From the IMG/VR virus record IMGVR_UViG_3300008116_000018: DNA of 64,000 nucleotides, one strand, 5' to 3'. The notes under the pieces were generated by a model. That model had not been told where the DNA came from and did no database searches. It saw only the letters and a program-made list of their open reading frames with translations. This document shows, piece after piece, positions 56,868 to 64,000 of this stretch. The stretch is from a virus. A program made the translations under genes and the position numbers. Numbering within the stretch: the stretch's first letter is position 1; every line of letters starts with the position of its first letter.

Positions 56868-56916
56868 TAGGTGTTCTCCCTTTGAATGCGATACTTAAAG
56901 TTGTTTTTCATTTACT

Positions 56917-56924
56917 TATTTATA
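56917..56924 (-). promoter_or_regulatory. Late promoter TATAAATA (gp8)
   Basis: Exact consensus, intergenic. Confidence 0.7.
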
Positions 56925-56941
56925 CAAAGTTTTTTGAAATT

Positions 56942-59848
56942 TTATGGATTTATTTTATATGCAACCACATTAGTAAATGGTGTTGCTGGACTTCTATCTA
57001 TAACCATGTTTGTTGTACCAAACACTGCTTGAATTATGAAATATTCATTGTTGGCAACAAATATGTCACCGCCATTGAAATCTGCCACAAAATTAGTTCC
57101 CACACCAACCACAACCGGTGCAGTCGCACTAATCACAACGCTATCAATTGCGTTAATAGCAACGTTTTCAAATGCGGCAAGAGTATATGTAGAATAATCT
57201 TGCACTGCGGAAGAAACTGTACCAGATATTGGAACGTATGACACATAAGATGTATTAGCTACCGATGATGAATTATCGATAACATTTTCTAAGTATACAG
57301 TATCTATCGATGTTGAAGATGTTGTAATTACAGATTCTGTCGTATATGACATGAATCCTAATGAAGAAATTTTGACAGAGTATTCTTGATTTAAAAGAGA
57401 TATTCCGAGATTTTCGACATTAGGAAATTTATCTATTATCGAATATACAGATTGATACGCTGGAGTTTCATAGTATGGATCACTAAAGGCAACGTTCTCT
57501 AATGTTGAAATCGGGGTATTGATCCAATCATCACCCAATACGCCAGTAGAGAATAGAGGGATATCTTCATATGTGACACCATATGCCTTGATTTCATTCG
57601 CACCCGATGTAAGTCGTTTTATCGTAGCCATCGGTATTGGAAGTATACCCGCATCCGATTCTAGCGGAACCTGTACAACGAATGTCCTGTTTTCAATTGA
57701 TGCGTCTGCGGCATTCTCTGTCAACAATCTTATTGTGTATTCCTGAACGTTCAAGTCAGTGTTTACAGTAATAAGCGGACTTTCAACAGTCAACGTCATT
57801 GATATAAACGAATCGGCGTACTGTCCGCCAACAGAGAATTCACTGAATATTCGAACGATCATTCTCTCAAGATTATCAAGTAAACTTGAAGAAACAGTCA
57901 TATCATTGAGAATCTGAATTTCACCAAAATATATTAAACCAGCAGGGTGAATAATAGATTTCAGTGTATCCGAATATGTTTCAAATGCTAAACCACTCTT
58001 GATAACATAAGAGTAGTCTTGATAGTAATATGAGTCTTGAATAATTTTATAATCAATCTTACCATCATCGCCCACCCAAACACCATCTTTAATTCCAAGT
58101 CCTGAAATAGTTGCTGTCAGATTTGCATTGCCATCACCGACTGTATTTGCGATTGCATTTGCTGTGCTGTAGTTGATACCAAAATTTGTAATTTGAACTG
58201 CACGAATCGAACCAATACCTGTGATATTGTTAGATGTGTCAACAGTGACGTTTGCACTATTGCCTTGAATATTTGTTGCAATTAAATTTGCGCTAGAACC
58301 AGTTGTTGTGGTGATTGTAATTGTTGGTAAATTCGCAGAAGTATAGCCAGTACCAAAATTAGTTAACTCGATGCGTTTGATTGGACCTTTTACTAACCAA
58401 TCTTCATTCTTAATAATGTCATCGTAACTACCATCAGCCTTCATCTGAAAGCCGTCTTCAAACAAAAAGTCAAATGTTGTTGTCTCAACAACAGAAGCAA
58501 TTTGTCCGGCTGCATTTGCACCAGCACCGCCAGTAAAGATAAGAGTATTTCCAACGCCATAATTAGAACCAGCATTGCTAATAGTAATTAACTTGTCAGA
58601 CAGTAATCCTAAAGATGCGACTGCTGTATCTTGTAATGTGATTCCAGGCTTTTTGAAATAATTTTCGCCTCTATTGATAATAGAGACTTTAGAGATTTCA
58701 CCAAGATTATATGTGTTCGCACCAGAAGTTACTGTGTATGTGTTTGCTAATTCAGTAACTTGTATGATGAGTCCAGAACCACCAGTTCCGGAGTTGTTGA
58801 TTGTCGCAGTCGTGTTTAATTGATATCCATGTCCGACTGTATTGATAGACAACGCACTAATTGGCGATTCTTTAATTGAAGAAACTCTAGCTTGCGCTTC
58901 CGAACCATTGCCAGTAATTGTAATGAGATCGCCATCTGCATATCCCGATCCACCATCGACAATAGTGATGCCAGACAGGATACCATATACTGTTGTGACT
59001 AAGTTTGTGTCAGTGATATCTTCAACGCTTTCGCCCGCAATGAATGCACCGCTGACAAGTTTCAAAGTCATCTCAGCAACTTCGATTGATCCAATAAAGA
59101 ATTTTTTAATGTCAACTACGTTAGCAAGAAAGCCTGAAGTTTTTCCACGAATAGTTTTGTTTAGAAATAAAAATATATCTCTGTCAAATGAATTGCCTAA
59201 AGCATTTATACCAGTCGCTTTTGCTTGTGTTCGAATGATTTGTGTCTTTTCGAAATTACCATCAGACACACGTAGAATGTCTTCGCCTGGATAATAAAAC
59301 TCGATGCTATCGTTATACAATAGTTTAAAGAGAAATCGGTAAGAGTCTTCGTTACTCTTCGATTGAAAGAATTCTTTGAACTTTAAAGCAATCGTTCTTT
59401 TATCACCATTGAATGTGATTGGAATACTAGGAAATAACTCATCTTTCAAGTATCCAATATAATTGTCAATAGACGTTTCGATGTTACGATAGTCTAATAT
59501 TTTTCCTGTTTTACGTACAACGTTATCTCGAACAACGCTTACGATTGCGGTTGCGCCTGATGTTTGTCCAGTTATAATTTCAGACAAGTTAAATGGCGCT
59601 CTAGTATCAACCTGCACAATCAATTCACCAGCAACAACTTCTTTGACGATTGCAGTTGCGCCAGAGGCAGAAATAATAGTTTCACCTCGAACGAATGTTC
59701 CAGTTGTACTTGTTATCTCTACTTTGGTAGTTTGCATCCATTCATAGTATGCTTTCATAAACAACAAAAACTTATCGGACTCAGCGGCCATGTCGCCCGA
59801 AAGTATTGTGTCTATGCCAAATGATGGCTTGAATTTAGAATCTGACAT
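56942..59848 (-). CDS. Baseplate wedge initiator-like protein (gp7-like)
   Basis: FLLFMKAYYEWM, SYRFLFKLLY, IQDSYYYQDYSYVIKS..IIHPAG; lies between gp6 and gp8. Confidence 0.75.
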   Translation of the reverse strand: MSDSKFKPSFGIDTILSGDMAAESDKFLLFMKAYYEWMQTTKVEITSTTGTFVRGETIISASGATAIVKEVVAGELIVQVDTRAPFNLSEIITGQTSGATAIVSVVRDNVVRKTGKILDYRNIETSIDNYIGYLKDELFPSIPITFNGDKRTIALKFKEFFQSKSNEDSYRFLFKLLYNDSIEFYYPGEDILRVSDGNFEKTQIIRTQAKATGINALGNSFDRDIFLFLNKTIRGKTSGFLANVVDIKKFFIGSIEVAEMTLKLVSGAFIAGESVEDITDTNLVTTVYGILSGITIVDGGSGYADGDLITITGNGSEAQARVSSIKESPISALSINTVGHGYQLNTTATINNSGTGGSGLIIQVTELANTYTVTSGANTYNLGEISKVSIINRGENYFKKPGITLQDTAVASLGLLSDKLITISNAGSNYGVGNTLIFTGGAGANAAGQIASVVETTTFDFLFEDGFQMKADGSYDDIIKNEDWLVKGPIKRIELTNFGTGYTSANLPTITITTTTGSSANLIATNIQGNSANVTVDTSNNITGIGSIRAVQITNFGINYSTANAIANTVGDGNANLTATISGLGIKDGVWVGDDGKIDYKIIQDSYYYQDYSYVIKSGLAFETYSDTLKSIIHPAGLIYFGEIQILNDMTVSSSLLDNLERMIVRIFSEFSVGGQYADSFISMTLTVESPLITVNTDLNVQEYTIRLLTENAADASIENRTFVVQVPLESDAGILPIPMATIKRLTSGANEIKAYGVTYEDIPLFSTGVLGDDWINTPISTLENVAFSDPYYETPAYQSVYSIIDKFPNVENLGISLLNQEYSVKISSLGFMSYTTESVITTSSTSIDTVYLENVIDNSSSVANTSYVSYVPISGTVSSAVQDYSTYTLAAFENVAINAIDSVVISATAPVVVGVGTNFVADFNGGDIFVANNEYFIIQAVFGTTNMVIDRSPATPFTNVVAYKINP

Positions 59849-59855
59849 TTATTTT

Positions 59856-61673
59856 TTATCTGTATACTAAGCTGATCGAATTGTCATCAATTACACTGAC
59901 TGAAATATCTTCGTCACGAATTGAAATGATTTGACCTCTCAGAGGAAGAATGTCTTTGTTTTGTGGAAATGCAGTTAACTTTAATGTTGTGCCGCCATCA
60001 TTGAATGCAGTTGGCGCAAAGTTTGTTAGTATAACTTTACCTGTCGTATAGTTAATGGTTCCTGCGTTAATAGATACGGCAATGTTTTCTACGCCTAATG
60101 TTCTGTAAATACGAATTATGCCGTTGTTGTCTTCTAAAAAGCAGTCTGAAAACCCACCAATTGTAAATGAGTTTGATGTTATTTTATTGCCCACGCCATA
60201 AGGATGTGTCGATGGTCTATTGTTTGTAGCATTGTCGATTGCATTAGAAAAATTAATTTCATATCGTGTTGAAACACCCAATTGAACCGCAACTTCTTTT
60301 CTCATTTGTGCAGTCAATACGTTACTTAGAATAGAACGTTCCGCAACGTCAATCAATCTTGACAGTTTAGAATATCTAAAATATGTACCAAACGTATTGA
60401 TTTCTGCATCATTGTAATTTTTTATAACGTCTAAAACTAAATTAGAAATAGTATCCTCTGAGAGTGACGTTTTCTTTGCATCATAGTTTACCACACTTGA
60501 TATCGTGACATACAGAAATTCTGGATCAACAATCTCAGTTTGTACTGTCAAAATTTTCTTAGGGTTAATTACTGAACTAATTAAGTTTTGTTTTTCTGTC
60601 GCAGTCAGAACCGAACCCGTAGTTGGTTTAATTGCAACAAAAACTTTTCCATATGTAGGTGGATCATTGTCTTCACCACCCCACACAACAACAGAGTCTA
60701 CTGTTGGTTGTGCCAATAACAATGCTCTATAATCTTCGGCTGTCACTGCACGATTTTGTGCTTCATAAGATTTTGGCGCATTAAATTTAATTTGTGCAAC
60801 AGTCTCTCTAGCCGAGCCACCAGTTGCTGGACTGGTTGCGGTAAAAGTTGCGGCCGTAACGTTTGTGATTGTGTCTGAATATGTCAGTGCGTTAATGTCA
60901 TTTGCGAGTGCGCCATTAGACACTAGATATCGAATGACTAGAATGTTTCCGTTACTCAACGCTGTACCAAAAGTACCATCGCCAAATTTTAACTCATACA
61001 GTCCATCTTCAGATTCTTGTAAAAAGTACACCAAAGATGACGAATCAAGTTCAACTAGATTTTCTGATGGTGTGAATGTTCTTGTTGTACTATCCACAGC
61101 AGAGTTTAAGACTGTTACATTTAATGTTGTGGTGTCAACTCTTGAATTTGGAATTAAAAATCTTTGATCCGCATCACTAGACACAACAGTATATCGTGTT
61201 GTGATGAGTGTGCCTTCTTTGAGTGTGATAGTATCAGAAAATACGCCAGCGTTCGAGGATATAGTTTTCGAATTGACGTTTAGGAATTTATATGAAACTC
61301 CATCAATCGTGCCATTAAATTCTGTGTATTCTGGAATAGTAACAATAGATGGAGCATTCGCAACCGTGAGTGTTATTGTTCCTGTGATAGATGCTGACGA
61401 TGTTGATCTTGGAAGATAATTCAAAGAATTGGCTAAGTTTACAACCGAATTTCTTTTTTGTGCTGTTGCCAGAAATGCCTCAGATGCTACCATGTTTAGA
61501 TAGAACGAATTGTAGTATGTGTTATAAGCTAACATATCCAAAAGAACGGACATGCCAGAACCATCAAAGTTGTAATCTCTGAATTGATCCTGTGCCTGCA
61601 AGTATCTTTTGAAGTTATCTTTGATACCTTGAAAATTAAGTTCGTCTACTCTTAAATTATTGTCTATGGCCAT
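59856..61673 (-). CDS. gp6: Baseplate wedge subunit
   Basis: FRDYNFDGSGMSVLLDMLAYNTYY, FGDGTFG, QNRAVTAEDY, WGGEDNDPPTYGKVF. Confidence 0.96.
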   Translation of the reverse strand: MAIDNNLRVDELNFQGIKDNFKRYLQAQDQFRDYNFDGSGMSVLLDMLAYNTYYNSFYLNMVASEAFLATAQKRNSVVNLANSLNYLPRSTSSASITGTITLTVANAPSIVTIPEYTEFNGTIDGVSYKFLNVNSKTISSNAGVFSDTITLKEGTLITTRYTVVSSDADQRFLIPNSRVDTTTLNVTVLNSAVDSTTRTFTPSENLVELDSSSLVYFLQESEDGLYELKFGDGTFGTALSNGNILVIRYLVSNGALANDINALTYSDTITNVTAATFTATSPATGGSARETVAQIKFNAPKSYEAQNRAVTAEDYRALLLAQPTVDSVVVWGGEDNDPPTYGKVFVAIKPTTGSVLTATEKQNLISSVINPKKILTVQTEIVDPEFLYVTISSVVNYDAKKTSLSEDTISNLVLDVIKNYNDAEINTFGTYFRYSKLSRLIDVAERSILSNVLTAQMRKEVAVQLGVSTRYEINFSNAIDNATNNRPSTHPYGVGNKITSNSFTIGGFSDCFLEDNNGIIRIYRTLGVENIAVSINAGTINYTTGKVILTNFAPTAFNDGGTTLKLTAFPQNKDILPLRGQIISIRDEDISVSVIDDNSISLVYR

Positions 61674-61674
61674 T

Positions 61675-62058
61675 TTATGCCGCCCTCGTTAACGATGTTG
61701 ATATAGAACCGGCTCTATTGATGTTTTTTATAATATACTGTATGTTCAATACAATTCCATTTTCTTCAAATTTAATATCAACTTCATTAACAGAAACTCT
61801 AGGTTCGTACTTATTGATTGCGTCAGTTATTTCTTTTTGTAAGTTGTACTCGGTAAATCCAGGTTCGTAGCTAAACAAATAATTGCTGATATCGCATCCA
61901 TACTCAGGGTTGAACGGGCGTGTGCCTTTCTTCGTTCTGATTAAATTCATCACCGACCTTTTAATTGCCGTTTCATTTATGATAGGACGAATATCTCCAC
62001 TCACCGGATGGGGAGTGAAGTCTAAAGATAAGTCTTTGAAGAATGCGATTTCTGCCAT
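61675..62058 (-). CDS. gp25: Baseplate wedge subunit
   Basis: KDLSLDFTPHP, AIKRSVMNLI, RPFNPEYGC, KYEPRV. Confidence 0.93.
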   Translation of the reverse strand: MAEIAFFKDLSLDFTPHPVSGDIRPIINETAIKRSVMNLIRTKKGTRPFNPEYGCDISNYLFSYEPGFTEYNLQKEITDAINKYEPRVSVNEVDIKFEENGIVLNIQYIIKNINRAGSISTSLTRAA

Positions 62059-62071
62059 TTTTTTCTTTTAT

Positions 62072-62257
62072 TTATGTTGTTTGTTCTGCCGTTTTAGACT
62101 CTTGAATTTCTTTTCTTCGTTCTTTTGCGGCTTTGGTAAACTCTGCTAATGCCTTTCTTGCTCTAGTGCCAGCGGCTTTGTTTCCCTTTTCATCAAACTT
62201 TGCATTCTCTGCAAGATATGATTCAAATAAATTTACTAAGTTTTCGTGATTTGTCAT
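62072..62257 (-). CDS. Histone H1-like (Hc1-type) small basic protein
   Basis: KGNKAAGTRARKAL..KERRKEI motif. Confidence 0.7.
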   Translation of the reverse strand: MTNHENLVNLFESYLAENAKFDEKGNKAAGTRARKALAEFTKAAKERRKEIQESKTAEQTT

Positions 62258-62276
62258 AATTATTTCCTTATAGATG

Positions 62277-62305
62277 TTGACATTTACTTGACATAGTGTT
62301 ACACT
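62277..62305 (+). promoter_or_regulatory. Plus-strand sigma70-like promoter with tandem TTGACA
   Basis: TTGACA-TTTAC-TTGACA-TAGTGT-TACACT; 17-nt spacing from the first -35. Confidence 0.5.
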
Positions 62306-62332
62306 ACTGTGTAGCCTATGATATTAACCTTA

Positions 62333-62911
62333 TTAAGCCGCAGGTACCGGAAGAGTCTTTGCAACAGCAATTTCAGCGTCTTGCAATATGTTCTTATCTT
62401 CTAGTGCCTTTATTCTTAATATCAATTCATTCAGGGTAGTATTGTTCAACCCATCAGAAAATCTTAACTCTGTATTTCCATGAAGTCTAAAATTAGTGTT
62501 CGTTGAAAGTGTAATCTTATCATCATTTGTATTCCACACAACCGAATTCTTTTCAGTAACAGTTGCAAAATTTCTAGTCATGCTTGGTGCAGTACCGAAA
62601 TACTCTGCGGCAGCTTCTGGTATCGCAGGTAAGTATCCAAGAATCGCAGGCTCTTGTGCAGACATAGAATCTAAAAAGAAACCAAAAACCCAATCTCCAG
62701 CTTTCGGTGTTCCGTATAGGTTTGGAGTATTTAGGGGGTGAATAGTTAGCGACCAAGGCAAGTCTTCAGTCGGAACTAGATTGGTTGACTTTGCTGGATG
62801 ATATCCAAAGCATCTCACTTTGCATCTGCCTAGCGTCAATGGATCGTTGATATCTTCAACAATTCCAATCCACCAAACAAATCCATCTTGCCCAATAAAA
62901 TTTTTCATCAA
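62333..62911 (-). CDS. gp5: Short baseplate hub/spike protein (gp5 N-terminal OB-fold only)
   Basis: GFVWWIGIVEDINDPLTLGRCKVRCFGYH, PTEDLPW, GDWVFGFFLD..QEPAILG. Confidence 0.85.
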   Translation of the reverse strand: MMKNFIGQDGFVWWIGIVEDINDPLTLGRCKVRCFGYHPAKSTNLVPTEDLPWSLTIHPLNTPNLYGTPKAGDWVFGFFLDSMSAQEPAILGYLPAIPEAAAEYFGTAPSMTRNFATVTEKNSVVWNTNDDKITLSTNTNFRLHGNTELRFSDGLNNTTLNELILRIKALEDKNILQDAEIAVAKTLPVPAA

Positions 62912-63145
62912 TTATCCTACATGCTTAAAATATTGAATTTGTCTCTCTTGGTCTGCAACCCATTTGTCTGATGGCTTACCTTCGCCTTTGTAATAGCGCA
63001 ACGGCTTGCCAGTCTTTTTAGAAACTAACGCCCACTTGCCGTCTACTTGTTTAAGTGTCTCAATTAATTCTGGACCGTAAACTTCTTCTTCCCACTCTTC
63101 AGTTGAAAGTGTGGTGCCTTGTATAAATTCTTTAAATTTTTTCAT
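62912..63145 (-). CDS. Hypothetical protein (possible internal head protein)
   Basis: MKKFKEFIQ N-terminus; ERQIQYFKH C-terminus. Confidence 0.7.
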   Translation of the reverse strand: MKKFKEFIQGTTLSTEEWEEEVYGPELIETLKQVDGKWALVSKKTGKPLRYYKGEGKPSDKWVADQERQIQYFKHVG

Positions 63146-64000
63146 AGCTTGTCTAACTCTGATGTGTCTACTGCGCCTGGAGGAACATTGTCTTTAATCC
63201 AAGTGAGTAATTGTTTTTTCACATCAAGTTCTTTCTTAGCAGGTTTTCCTGGTTCCTTAAGTACCAAATACTTGAAGTCTTTGATAACAGGATTGCCTTT
63301 TTTATCTTTGTATGCTTTACCTGTTTGCGGATCAACAATGAAAATTGTATTCTCTGGATTATTTAGAATGACATAAATCCCACCTTGAACAGTTGGCGGC
63401 ATAGCTTTTGTTACTAAGTTATATACAGTCTGTGCCGCACCTGCGTGAGTCGCAAGCAAAATATCTTCTGGCACAACTCTTGCCCTTGATTTGTTATTCT
63501 TGATTGCAATCTGATAATTAGTCAGAACCCACGATACGTGAATGTTCTTTGGCTCATATCCAGCGGCAAACAGTTTTGGTAGAACATCTGTCATGTCTTC
63601 AACTTCTTTGAATGTGCTGTCAAAAATAAGATTTGGCAATTGCCCTTTTTCAGCGCCAGCAAGCATCAAGTCTAACGTCTTGTTTTTTACGTCAGTCGCA
63701 CGGATGAGAACGTGTAGAATGTAAACATGCGTTGGAGTTTTCAAATTCAATTGACCCATCTTTAAATTCTTGTCAGTCAATTCTCTTTGAATAAGGTCTT
63801 TATCTTTCTCAGAAATTTTGTCGCCGTACTTATCAAGCAAGTCTTGAGTCGTAAATTTACCAAGCGCATCTAACTTTTGAAATGCAATTTTCAATTCGTC
63901 AACGTCACGTATTTTAAATTCAGACCCTTGCATAAAATGCTGAACGGCAAATCCTTTGCCCGAACCAGCACCACCAGCAAGGAACACAATCTGTCCATAC
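63142..64000 (-). CDS. P-loop NTPase/kinase-like protein; 5' end beyond the right edge of the window
   Basis: Frame open to the window edge: YGQIVFLAGGAGSGKG (Walker A), LIFDST, NKSRARVVP. Confidence 0.75.
   Translation of the reverse strand, partial: YGQIVFLAGGAGSGKGFAVQHFMQGSEFKIRDVDELKIAFQKLDALGKFTTQDLLDKYGDKISEKDKDLIQRELTDKNLKMGQLNLKTPTHVYILHVLIRATDVKNKTLDLMLAGAEKGQLPNLIFDSTFKEVEDMTDVLPKLFAAGYEPKNIHVSWVLTNYQIAIKNNKSRARVVPEDILLATHAGAAQTVYNLVTKAMPPTVQGGIYVILNNPENTIFIVDPQTGKAYKDKKGNPVIKDFKYLVLKEPGKPAKKELDVKKQLLTWIKDNVPPGAVDTSELDKL

Noticed and set aside
1-64000. Stop-codon reassignment, introns or inteins in core genes, tRNA genes
   Set aside because: Core genes translate full length in the standard code with TAA, TGA and TAG all used as stops; gp17, gp20, gp23, gp44, gp46 and uvsW have ordinary lengths; no tRNA was seen in the short intergenic gaps.

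Overview
This is a 64-kb segment of a large, AT-rich T4-like myovirus with a cyanophage/pelagiphage-type gene order. The host is probably an aquatic proteobacterium, inferred from the IbpA-type Hsp20 with a ROSE-like leader, the sigma70 promoters and the GmhB/GT9 genes. Almost all genes are on the minus strand. Reading in transcription order from the right end: a P-loop protein, a short gp5, an Hc1-like protein, baseplate genes (gp25, gp6, gp7-like, gp8), a 2043-aa virion protein, tail-fibre genes and a Cys-rich adhesin cassette. These are followed by a tailoring-enzyme cluster (GT9-like glycosyltransferase, carbamoyltransferase, cupin, two 2OG-Fe(II) oxygenases, plus-strand GmhB-like phosphatase). 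Next come neck/tail/packaging genes gp13-gp19 (two gp19 copies), portal, a collagen fibre insert, head genes (gp67-like, gp68-like, gp21-23), gp3, an internally deleted uvsY, uvsW, gp55 and gp47/46. The left part holds peptide deformylase, a candidate base-modification cluster, CobT/CobS-like genes, gp45/dsbA/gp44/gp62/regA, Dps, Hsp20 and the 5' part of DNA polymerase gp43. The best candidate for an undescribed system is the pairing of ~10%-Cys tail adhesin-like proteins with a separately promoted heptose/carbamoyl tailoring operon, which suggests phage-encoded glycosylation of virion adhesins. Also notable are a TGTTG-N8-CAACA dyad at three consecutive early promoters, a ROSE-like thermometer, antisense double -35 promoters and capsid-targeting-like N-termini. 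All assignments come from reading motifs and synteny by eye; no database searches were run.
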